A DNA stretch of 32,000 nt from Staphylothermus marinus F1 (GTDB lineage: Archaea > Thermoproteota > Thermoprotei_A > Sulfolobales > Desulfurococcaceae): positions 780,001 to 812,000 of the forward strand of contig NC_009033.1 in NCBI RefSeq assembly GCF_000015945.1, in the 5' to 3' direction. The notes below the pieces were generated by a model. It was given only the letters and a program-made list of their open reading frames with translations, was not told where the DNA came from and ran no database searches. A program made the translations under genes and the position numbers. Of the stretch, positions 1 through 7,970 are shown in pieces. Each line of letters starts with the position of its first letter. Position 1 is the first letter of the stretch.

Positions 1-111
1 TTTCCGCTTAGATCCTTGAATATTTCCACATATTTCTTTATTAAGGAAGCATTTGTGTCGAATAGTTTTCCAGTAATTTTTATGACTAACGTGTTGCTCA
101 ACGCATAGCAC
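1..111 (-). CDS. possible 5' end of an unidentified CDS running off the left edge (partial)
   Basis: The minus-strand frame is stop-free from a GTG at 111-109 to position 1 (37 codons) in otherwise stop-rich AT-rich DNA. An AT-rich TATA-like tract lies upstream at ~125-150. No recognisable motif. Absent from the ORF track because it is truncated. Confidence 0.2.
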   Translation of the reverse strand, partial: MLCVEQHVSHKNYWKTIRHKCFLNKEICGNIQGSKRK

Positions 112-218
112 CCTATATGTGTGGTAGTGATTATTTATTTATATATTTATAATTGTTGATAGTATTCTTTAAGACAATAATATGGATAGCTAAATATATT
201 GACTGGGTGGTTATTGGT

Positions 219-2057
219 TTGTGCGGTATAATTGGGGTTGTTGCTTTACTTGGTAAGACTCCTTATAGTCCTGGTGTTATGGTTTATCGTGGTTTGTTAA
301 GGCTTGAGTATAGAGGTTATGATTCTGCTGGTGTTGCTTCTGTTGTTGGTGGGTGTGTAAGGGTTTTGAAGGGGAAGGGTAGAATTGCTGATCTTGAGCG
401 TAGAATTGGTTTATCGAGTATTGAGGGTTTAACTGTTATTGGCCATACTAGATGGGCTACTCACGGTACTCCTAGTGATAATAATGCTCATCCACATATT
501 GATTGTTCTGGAAGAATAGCTGTTGTTCATAATGGTATTATTCAGAATTTTAGAGAATTAAAGAAAATGTTGATTGATAAGGGACATGTTTTTAGAAGTG
601 ATACTGATACAGAGGTTTTTCCTCATCTTGTAGAGGAACTATATAAGAATACAAATGACCTCTTTAAAGCTTTTAGGAAAGCTGTTGAAATGATTGATGG
701 AAGCTATGCATTAATAATGATCTCTAGTATTGAGCCTGATAAGATATTTTTTGCTAAGAAAGATAGTCCATTAATTATTGGATTGGGTGATGGATTCAAT
801 ATTTTAGCTAGTGATATTCCTGCTTTACTAGAGTATACTAGGAGAATTATTACTGTTAGAGATGGGTGGTTAGGATATGTTACACCTACAAGTATTTATG
901 TAGAGGATATTAGGGGTGGTGTGGTTGATTGGAGGAAATATGTTAGAGTTGTTGAGTGGAGTCTTGAAGACGCTACCCGTGGTGGTTATGCTCATTTCAT
1001 GCTTAAAGAAATCCATGAGCAACCTCGTGCATTGAAGGATACATATTATGGTATACTACATGATATTGCTGTTGATGAAACTGTTAAGTTAATGCTTGAT
1101 GCGGATAAGATATATGTTACAGCTGCTGGTACGAGTTTTCATGCATCATATTATTTTTCATTATTAATGAATACTTTGGGTAAGAGATTAGTTACACCAT
1201 TTATTGCTAGCGAGTATGAATCCTATTATTTAACTGCTAGTGATAGAGACTTATTAATTGTTGTTAGTCAAAGCGGGGAAACAATGGATGCTTTAAAAGC
1301 TTTGAGAGCTTTTAAGGATAGAGGTGTTAGAGTAGTAGCTGTTAGTAATGTTGTTGATTCAGCTATTCCTCGTGAAAGCAATATAGCAATCTATACTAGA
1401 GCCGGTCCAGAGATAGGTGTTGCTGCAACTAAAACATTTACTACTCAATCACTTGTATTGTCTTGGCTAGCAATAGCTTATGCTGAAGCATCTGGTTCTC
1501 TTAGAAAATCTGAGGCTGACAAGCTTCGTGAATGGCTTGGTAAGAGTGGGGAGGTTGTTGGTAAAGTAATTTCTCGTTCAGAACCTGTTGCTAAAAGATT
1601 GGCTGAATGGTTTAGAAGTATTGGTAATGCTTATTATTTAAGCAGATCTATCGGTGTACCAGTAGCTATGGAAGGAGCTTTAAAGCTTAAAGAAATAGCT
1701 TATATTCATGCAGAAGCTTATCCTGCAGGAGAATCTAAGCATGGCCCAATAGCTTTGGTTGAAGAAGAATTCCCGGTTGTTTTCACAATTCCTAATAGAG
1801 AAGATTTAGAGAAGTTATTGCTTGGAAATATTCAGGAAATGAAAGCTCGTGGAGCAGTTATTATTGGTGTAGCATCTGAGAATACTAGTTTAAGCGACCA
1901 GTTAGATTACCAGTTTAAAATACCTGATACACACTGGATACTAACACCAATAACACATATACCACCACAACAATTACTAGCATACTATACAGCGGTTAGT
2001 AAAGGATACGACCCCGATAAACCCAGAAACCTAGCAAAAACAGTTACAGTGGAATAA
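219..2057 (+). CDS. glmS: glutamine--fructose-6-phosphate aminotransferase (isomerising), GlmS
   Basis: ORF 153..2057. Class-II glutaminase N-terminus CGIIG, then RGYDSAG, GHTRWATHG and HNGIIQN. Two SIS-type repeats (SQSGETMD) and the family C-terminus KPRNLAKTVTVE. Start moved to TTG 219 because the catalytic Cys must directly follow the initiator Met. GGTGG at 206-210 sits 8 nt upstream as an SD-like site. Confidence 0.9.
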   Translation: MCGIIGVVALLGKTPYSPGVMVYRGLLRLEYRGYDSAGVASVVGGCVRVLKGKGRIADLERRIGLSSIEGLTVIGHTRWATHGTPSDNNAHPHIDCSGRIAVVHNGIIQNFRELKKMLIDKGHVFRSDTDTEVFPHLVEELYKNTNDLFKAFRKAVEMIDGSYALIMISSIEPDKIFFAKKDSPLIIGLGDGFNILASDIPALLEYTRRIITVRDGWLGYVTPTSIYVEDIRGGVVDWRKYVRVVEWSLEDATRGGYAHFMLKEIHEQPRALKDTYYGILHDIAVDETVKLMLDADKIYVTAAGTSFHASYYFSLLMNTLGKRLVTPFIASEYESYYLTASDRDLLIVVSQSGETMDALKALRAFKDRGVRVVAVSNVVDSAIPRESNIAIYTRAGPEIGVAATKTFTTQSLVLSWLAIAYAEASGSLRKSEADKLREWLGKSGEVVGKVISRSEPVAKRLAEWFRSIGNAYYLSRSIGVPVAMEGALKLKEIAYIHAEAYPAGESKHGPIALVEEEFPVVFTIPNREDLEKLLLGNIQEMKARGAVIIGVASENTSLSDQLDYQFKIPDTHWILTPITHIPPQQLLAYYTAVSKGYDPDKPRNLAKTVTVE

Positions 2058-2122
2058 GCCATGTATAAATCAATACTTCTTTTACCCATAATAAACAAAT
2101 AGTTTATGCAGGGTTATGAATT

Positions 2123-3340
2123 ATGACGTTGAAAAACCTCGTATTAGCAGCTGGAAAAGCTAAACCAGAACTCTCAGTCCTAATACCACCAGGTAAAAAT
2201 AAGGTATTATTGAGGATCCTAGGTAAACCAATTCTCTATTATCCATTAACAAGTATTCAGAGAGTTAATCGTGGAGAAACAATTCTAGTATATAGGGAGG
2301 GGGAGGAAGAAGTTGTTGAAACAGCTAATAGTATTAGTTTAGGAACAATTACTCCGATTAAACAAGTTGTGGGCACAAGTGTTCGTGAAGCAATACTTGT
2401 TGCTGAGAACAAGCTTAGAGATACTGATTACTTCTTCTTAGTATACGGAGATATAATAGTTGATCCTGAAGCATTCAATTTATTATTATCAACACACTAT
2501 AGGGAGGAACCAGATGCTACAATACTTATAGCACCATATGATCCAGAATATGCTGAAACATATGGTTTAGCAATAATAAACGAGGAAGGATACGTTGAAA
2601 AAATAATTAGTGGAGAACAAGCTAGAGAAGCTGATCAAACATATATTGTTGGAGGAATATATATACTGCCAACAACTATTCTAGACTACCTAGAAGAAAA
2701 CAATACCTTACCAGAAGCAATAAACAAGCTAGCAATGAATGGTAAAGTAAAAACAGTTCTATGGAACAAGCTATGGATAGATATAGGATACCCAACAGAT
2801 ATACTGGAAGCAACATACCAGTTATTATCAGAACTAAAACATTCAAAAATAAGTAACAAAGCAGAAATAGAATCAACAACCATAATAAAAGGTCCAGTAA
2901 TAATAGAAGATAATACATATATTGACCACTATTCAGTAATCAAAGGACCAGCATATATAGGAGAAAAAGTATTCATAGGAGCACATAGTTTCATAAGAGA
3001 ATACAGCGATGCAGAATATAGGGTAAGAATAGGATCATATAATGAAATAAAGAAATCAAATATACAACCATATACATTATTAGACAGTAAAGTAACAATA
3101 GTAGATTCAATAATAGGAGAAAACTGTACAATAGGAACAAACACAACAATCCTAAACGTACTCCCAGAAAAAGAAAAACCACCAAGACTAAGAACACACC
3201 TAGTACATCCACCAACAAAAATAATTAGAAAAATGGGCGCAGTAATAGGATACAATACAAGAATAGGAGCATCAACAACAATATCACCAGGAAAAATAAT
3301 AAAACAAGAATCAATAATAAAACCAAAAACCCTAATATAG
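2123..3340 (+). CDS. two-domain nucleotidyltransferase + left-handed beta-helix (hexapeptide-repeat) protein, GlmU/ST0452-like sugar-1-phosphate nucleotidylyl/acyl-transferase
   Basis: The N-terminal ~230 aa have the NTP-transferase fold pattern (LAAGKA..., GKPILYYPL, YGDII, WIDIGYP). The C-terminal half carries imperfect hexapeptide repeats (IIKGPVIIEDNTYI, VIKGPAYIGEKVFIG, IGENCTIGTNTTI, IGYNTRIGASTTI). It lies directly downstream of glmS. The canonical GxGTR(L/M) signature is not intact. Confidence 0.6.
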   Translation: MTLKNLVLAAGKAKPELSVLIPPGKNKVLLRILGKPILYYPLTSIQRVNRGETILVYREGEEEVVETANSISLGTITPIKQVVGTSVREAILVAENKLRDTDYFFLVYGDIIVDPEAFNLLLSTHYREEPDATILIAPYDPEYAETYGLAIINEEGYVEKIISGEQAREADQTYIVGGIYILPTTILDYLEENNTLPEAINKLAMNGKVKTVLWNKLWIDIGYPTDILEATYQLLSELKHSKISNKAEIESTTIIKGPVIIEDNTYIDHYSVIKGPAYIGEKVFIGAHSFIREYSDAEYRVRIGSYNEIKKSNIQPYTLLDSKVTIVDSIIGENCTIGTNTTILNVLPEKEKPPRLRTHLVHPPTKIIRKMGAVIGYNTRIGASTTISPGKIIKQESIIKPKTLI

Positions 3341-4164
3341 TATAGAAATACAAACAAATATCAAAACACATATAAGTAATACCCTAAAAACAGTTACCCC
3401 CCACAAAACCCGGAAAACACCTAGGTAAAATATATCAAAAAACCCAGGATCAGGTTGGATCAGTAATACCATATATGGTAAAAGACACATATAAGAAATA
3501 AGAATACTATTAAGAATCACTGAAATATTTATTAATTCTATAAAACATATCTGGAACTTATAAAAGTGTCTAATCCCATATGAGTATTACCTATCGATAA
3601 AGATCCGGGGATTAAACCGTATTTTTACCTAGGTTCTCACAGCTTAGAAACAGTTGATCATATTGGATCAGTAATATTATCGATCAATTTGAACAATTAC
3701 CTAAGAATTCAACAGTATCAGGTTTAACATTTACTCATCATGCTATGTATAAGATTTAGTTTAGGCATTAATGTTTAGGAGCTCCATGCTTGATCTATTC
3801 ATGTATTTATGATTTCTGATCATATTATTGGATAGTGATTAAAATATTAATTATGGTTTGGGAAATCGTATATTGTTCTCTATTTTGAAAAGTATCTTTG
3901 AAGATCTGCGAGATCCTTTGGAGATATGTGATCGGGGAATTAACTGTCCTAGATGGAAGTTAATTGGTGATTAACTACCCTATTAAGTCTCCATGAAACA
4001 TATACACTTCTATTTTAATACATAACACTTATTTAATACATAAAAATTGTTACCAACCCGGCTTGATCATTTATGATCTTTTGCTTAATTAACTTATTTT
4101 TCCCTAGATACCTGTATATTGTTGATGTATTTAAACAAAAATACTTGTTAAGAAACAGTATATT
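3341..4164. other. 824-bp ORF-free AT-rich spacer between two convergent gene ends, containing clustered GATC sites and several short direct and inverted repeats
   Basis: No ORF above ~20 codons in any frame by manual translation, apart from a low-complexity antisense ORF overlapping the upstream gene end. 13 GATC at 3448-4078. A degenerate 49-nt unit is duplicated at 3420-3468 and 3628-3676. ACACATATAAG at 3366 and 3485. ATTAACT copies in alternating orientation at 3938-3976. TTTAATACATAA x2 at 4014 and 4032. Confidence 0.8.
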
Positions 4165-5013
4165 TTAGGTTTCCTTAGACTCCTCTAGCCTTATTTTTAA
4201 TGGTATACGGAACCATACATCATTCTGTATAAAGGGTATTTCTATTCCTGCTTCACTTATTGATTTCTTAATTTTCCACAGCAGATCCTTTATGACTTTG
4301 TAGGTTAGATCCCATCTCGATGGAACCCATACTCGCACTAATATGTTTACACTGCTATTTCCCAGCTCATAAACATATATGTCTGGAGGAGGATTAACGA
4401 GTACTAGTGGATGTTCATCTATTACTTTCTCAATAACCTTATAGGCTTTTTCAGCATCTTCCTTATATGCTATGCCTACAACGAAATCTATTCTCCTAAC
4501 CCTAGTAGCATAATAGTTTCTAATAAGTGATTGATAAACTGTTTGATTCGGAATTCTTATTTTAACTCCATCAAATCCTAATATACGTGTAGACATAATC
4601 GTTATATCTGTAACCCACCCCTCAATATCGCTTATACGGACTAAATCGCCTATTTTGAATGGTTTTTCCCAGTACAAGAAAAGACCTGAGAACAAGTTAG
4701 CTGTAATGTTTTGAAGAGCGAAACCCAGAACTATACCAATAATTCCACCTGCTACAATAAATGCTGTTAAATCTATTCCTAGATAACCTAATGCTAGAAC
4801 TCCAGCTACGAATACAGTAGAATAGTATATTGCACGTGCAACATTCCTACTGGTAGGCTCTGGTAGGAATCTTATGAATAATTTATAGAATAGTATTCTA
4901 AATATCGACGCCGCTAGAACTCCTGCTACAAATATTATCATTGCTATCAATACTTTTAACCAATCAATATTCTCGAACATTTCAACTAGACCAGTTACGT
5001 TAAAACCATCCAT
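4165..5013 (-). CDS. small-conductance mechanosensitive channel (MscS family)
   Basis: 282 aa. Three predicted N-terminal TM helices are followed by the MscS signature region (GIVLGFALQNITANLFSGLFLYWEKPFKIGDLV) and a beta-domain. Confidence 0.85.
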   Translation of the reverse strand: MDGFNVTGLVEMFENIDWLKVLIAMIIFVAGVLAASIFRILFYKLFIRFLPEPTSRNVARAIYYSTVFVAGVLALGYLGIDLTAFIVAGGIIGIVLGFALQNITANLFSGLFLYWEKPFKIGDLVRISDIEGWVTDITIMSTRILGFDGVKIRIPNQTVYQSLIRNYYATRVRRIDFVVGIAYKEDAEKAYKVIEKVIDEHPLVLVNPPPDIYVYELGNSSVNILVRVWVPSRWDLTYKVIKDLLWKIKKSISEAGIEIPFIQNDVWFRIPLKIRLEESKET

Positions 5014-5263
5014 TTATTTCAAGCCCCACAACATTTCTGTTTTAGCCAGTATACGTGGAGGCTTAAAAGCAGGAGGATCATGAATGGGTTTGGCATTCGC
5101 TTCTATTCTTCTACCATAATAAATTGTCGCTGTTATAGGAGAATTCACAGCCATAATTACTACCTGTGTATATGCTGTCCACGATCTAGGAATATAGTAT
5201 AGCCTCAATATTTGTGAATCAAGCAGTATCTTACCTATCTCAACCCATCCATCATATCTATTC

Positions 5264-5737
5264 CTATCTATTCCTAATATTTACTAGAGCAATTGCTTCA
5301 CCCATCATGGGCTCCGGAAGATCTACATTAGGAGGAGATCTCCAATATCTTGCAACAATCCCTCTATCTGGAATACCATACAATGTATACTTGATCTTAT
5401 TTATGGAAAAGACATCTATAATTTTAAATCTACGATGACGACCATAAGCATAAACTGCCAAGTTAACCGGGATCTTGACGTAAATAGTTACTTCGCCCTT
5501 GCTCGGAACAAGAATATTCCTAGACAGTTCGACTAGTATATAATTGGTAAATCTTATAGGCAACATTACTGGATAGAAAGGCACAAGTTCGAAACGTACA
5601 GGCTTAACAATTGTTTTAGAAACCCTTACTTCACCATTAACATATCTATAGTAATGAGCTATTTCACCCTCTTTCTCAACAACGATCACATGATTATTTA
5701 TTGATACCTTATCTTCAATTACGCCGAAACCAGACAT
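5264..5737 (-). CDS. conserved archaeal hypothetical protein (possibly DUF432-type; unverified)
   Basis: 157-aa ORF with non-repetitive, protein-like composition. The overlapping + strand ORF 5214..5438 looks like a shadow. The family assignment is from memory only. Confidence 0.5.
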   Translation of the reverse strand: MSGFGVIEDKVSINNHVIVVEKEGEIAHYYRYVNGEVRVSKTIVKPVRFELVPFYPVMLPIRFTNYILVELSRNILVPSKGEVTIYVKIPVNLAVYAYGRHRRFKIIDVFSINKIKYTLYGIPDRGIVARYWRSPPNVDLPEPMMGEAIALVNIRNR

Positions 5738-5858
5738 ATTCTCGAAATACCCCTTCTATAAATTACAAACTATAAATCATGTTTTGACACATTAAAACAT
5801 ATAGTAAACTAGATAATAAGTTCTATACAAAAATATTTCATAAAAAGGTGTCGTTAAA

Positions 5859-6074
5859 GTGATCAAAATTACTGTTTTACCTGATAGAAAAACCTTTATT
5901 GTAGATAAGAAAAATATTAAGGCAAAGGATCTACTGGATCTGCTGGACATAGATGATCCTGACTCTGTAGCCCTAGTTATAAATGATCGGTTAATTGATT
6001 TAGACAAAGAAGGGGAAAACATGATAAGAGAAGGAGACAAGGTATTAATAATAAGACAAGCTACTGGTGGATAA
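5859..6074 (+). CDS. ThiS/SAMP2/Urm1-like small beta-grasp (ubiquitin-like) protein ending in Gly-Gly
   Basis: 71 aa, GTG start with AGGTG ~10 nt upstream. ThiS-like pattern (VALVINDRLID...REGDKVLIIRQATGG). The diglycine is the last two residues before the stop. Confidence 0.7.
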   Translation: MIKITVLPDRKTFIVDKKNIKAKDLLDLLDIDDPDSVALVINDRLIDLDKEGENMIREGDKVLIIRQATGG

Positions 6075-6093
6075 ATATTTAGTGGTGGTAAAT

Positions 6094-6363
6094 ATGACAA
6101 TAAAGGTTAGAGTCGTTTTCCTAGCACGAGCGGGAGATGTTGTAGGTAAGCATTTTCATGACTTCATATTAGATGATAATGCTACATTAAATGATTTAAT
6201 AGAAGCTATAGGGAAAGAACTAAGTCCGAGATTTTATAGAGGAGTTAAAAATGGTAGACTTGTTTTCGCCATCTTTGTTAATGGGAAACCCGTTGATGAA
6301 CCTAATTATAAACTCAAAGATAATGATAGAGTAGTTTTTACAACACCTGAAATGGGCGGTTAG
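6094..6363 (+). CDS. MoaD/SAMP1-like small beta-grasp (ubiquitin-like) protein ending in Gly-Gly
   Basis: ORF 6067..6363. Start placed at ATG 6094 (MTIKVRVVFLARAG...), preceded by GGTGG. MoaD-like pattern (IKVRVVFLARAGDVVG, TLNDLIEAIGK, AIFVNGKPV, LKDNDRVVFTTPEMGG). Terminal diglycine. Confidence 0.7.
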   Translation: MTIKVRVVFLARAGDVVGKHFHDFILDDNATLNDLIEAIGKELSPRFYRGVKNGRLVFAIFVNGKPVDEPNYKLKDNDRVVFTTPEMGG

Positions 6364-6369
6364 AAAACA

Positions 6370-7131
6370 TTATTTTTCATAGTATTCAGTGCATACAGGG
6401 CAATCTGGAGACATGCTAAGCTTTAATACTTCAAACATCCCCGTTAATCCATCATATACTAGTAGCTTATTAGCAAATATTTCTCCTTTCCCAAGAAGAA
6501 TCTTTAATGCTTCATTAGCCTCGAGAACACCTAATACTCCTGGTGTGGTTGGAATTATTGGTAGAGGAGATACAGTATATGAGGGTTTTTTGGGAAATAT
6601 ACATTTTAGACAAGGAGTCTTTTTAGGAATAATAACTGTTAATTGACCATAGAAACCATGTACTCCAGCATGGATAAATGGTTTGCCAAGTTTATGAGCA
6701 ATTTTATCAATAACCAGCCTACCCTCCCAATTATCTAGAGCATCAACAACTACATCTGCAACTCTAAAATATTTCATAGCAACGTTTTCATCGAAGAACT
6801 CATTAACAGGTATTATTTCTATGTATGGATTAAGTAATCTAAGCCTTTCAGCAGCTACCTCAACCTTTGGTTTCCCAATATCATTGACAGTATAAAGTAT
6901 TTGTCTCTGTAAATTACTTTCCTCTACCAAGCCGTTATCGATAAGTATAAGTTTCCCAATACCGGATGCTGCTAAATAATATGATGCAGCCGATCCTAGT
7001 CCCCCCACACCTACGATAACAACTGTTGATTTCTTAAGTTTTTGTTGCCCTTCCAATCCTATAATAGGTAATTGTCTACTATACCTATCAATTTCTTTCT
7101 CAGATAACATGTTAAGCTCTCCAAGAAACAT
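6370..7131 (-). CDS. E1-like adenylyltransferase of the ThiF/MoeB/UbaA family
   Basis: RYSRQ motif. Rossmann nucleotide loop VGVGGLGS..YLAASGIGKLILID, then NLQRQ. Two CxxC pairs (CLKC, CPVC) form the Zn site. GVLGVLEANEALK. No rhodanese domain. An alternative start at ATG 7110 has GGAGAG upstream. Confidence 0.85.
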   Translation of the reverse strand: MFLGELNMLSEKEIDRYSRQLPIIGLEGQQKLKKSTVVIVGVGGLGSAASYYLAASGIGKLILIDNGLVEESNLQRQILYTVNDIGKPKVEVAAERLRLLNPYIEIIPVNEFFDENVAMKYFRVADVVVDALDNWEGRLVIDKIAHKLGKPFIHAGVHGFYGQLTVIIPKKTPCLKCIFPKKPSYTVSPLPIIPTTPGVLGVLEANEALKILLGKGEIFANKLLVYDGLTGMFEVLKLSMSPDCPVCTEYYEK

Positions 7132-7167
7132 TATTTTTCTACATTATGAAAATAATAGTTATGAGAG

Positions 7168-7968
7168 TTAAATATATTCGTGTGGTTTAACATAATATGG
7201 GATTTTTCCTTTATGGTAATCTCTAATTATTGTTCTAGCAGATTCCTCTATTAATGGTTCTTTAGTTGTTTTATAGTACCAACCGCGTTTAACTGCTAGT
7301 TCCTCGAGAATAACGTAGGGGTCTCTGGAAGATATACCATATGCTCTAACAAATGCGTTGGGTGAACACTTAATTATTCTACGAATAAGCTCTACTGCTG
7401 GGGGCACTGGATCATCTAGTTGTTCAGGACTTATACCCCTCAATATTCTTTCAAGAGAAGAACCCTCCACAGGGATTACTCCAGGGGTATCTATCATTAA
7501 AATATTCTTCTCCACACGGTATAATTGAGCATGATGAGTATAGCCTGGACTGCCGGGTATTGGGCTTGTGGAAGCTGAATGTCTTCCTTTCAACGCGTTA
7601 ATTATTGAAGATTTACCTGTTTTAGGATATCCGGTAACAGCTACTATAACGGGTAATGCTGGTGCAACTTCTTTAATTCTTCTCCTAAGAATCCTTGTAC
7701 CCATATGTTTAGTTGCTGCGATATAGACTACATTATATCCTCTACTCCTCAATAACCTAGCCCATTCTTCAACAATAGTTCTAGGTACTAAGTCGCTTTT
7801 ATTAAGTACAATTATCAATTCTCTTCCAAGCTCATAAACTATTTTTTCTAACTTCCTACTCCGAGTACTCATTGGTTCTCTAGCATCAACAACTTCTAAT
7901 ACTACATCTGCCCTAGACACTATTCTCCTCAGATCATTCCAGCCAGCTAGTATGAATCCCTTAACCAT
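7168..7968 (-). CDS. circularly permuted GTPase (YlqF/RbgA/Nug1-like ribosome-biogenesis GTPase)
   Basis: G4 (LNKSDL) precedes G1 (GYPKTGKSS) and G3 (DTPGV), the permuted G4-G5-G1-G2-G3 order. Confidence 0.8.
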   Translation of the reverse strand: MVKGFILAGWNDLRRIVSRADVVLEVVDAREPMSTRSRKLEKIVYELGRELIIVLNKSDLVPRTIVEEWARLLRSRGYNVVYIAATKHMGTRILRRRIKEVAPALPVIVAVTGYPKTGKSSIINALKGRHSASTSPIPGSPGYTHHAQLYRVEKNILMIDTPGVIPVEGSSLERILRGISPEQLDDPVPPAVELIRRIIKCSPNAFVRAYGISSRDPYVILEELAVKRGWYYKTTKEPLIEESARTIIRDYHKGKIPYYVKPHEYI

Positions 7969-7970
7969 TT

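Noticed and set aside
153-218. 22-codon N-terminal extension of glmS in the ORF track
   Set aside because: GlmS requires Cys as the first residue after Met removal. TTG 219 immediately precedes the Cys codon and has an SD-like GGTGG upstream.
2676-3520. Cluster of five minus-strand ORFs (62-142 aa) antisense to the GlmU-like gene and the start of the spacer
   Set aside because: They are extremely hydrophobic L/F/I/V-rich translations, mutually overlapping in different frames. They are explained by the extreme A/C richness of the + strand here, which leaves few TTA/CTA/TCA triplets.
3341-4164. Structured RNA gene (RNase P RNA, SRP RNA, rRNA fragment) in the long spacer
   Set aside because: In this AT-rich hyperthermophile, stable RNAs stand out as GC-rich islands, as the tRNAs do. 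The spacer is AT-rich throughout and shows only short hairpins.
5014-5208. 64-aa minus-strand ORF abutting the MscS start codon
   Set aside because: It has a TTG start, no SD and no recognisable motif. The likely MscS promoter (TTTTAAG-like element ~50 nt upstream of 5013) lies inside it. It cannot be supported as a gene, though a small leader peptide cannot be excluded without expression data.
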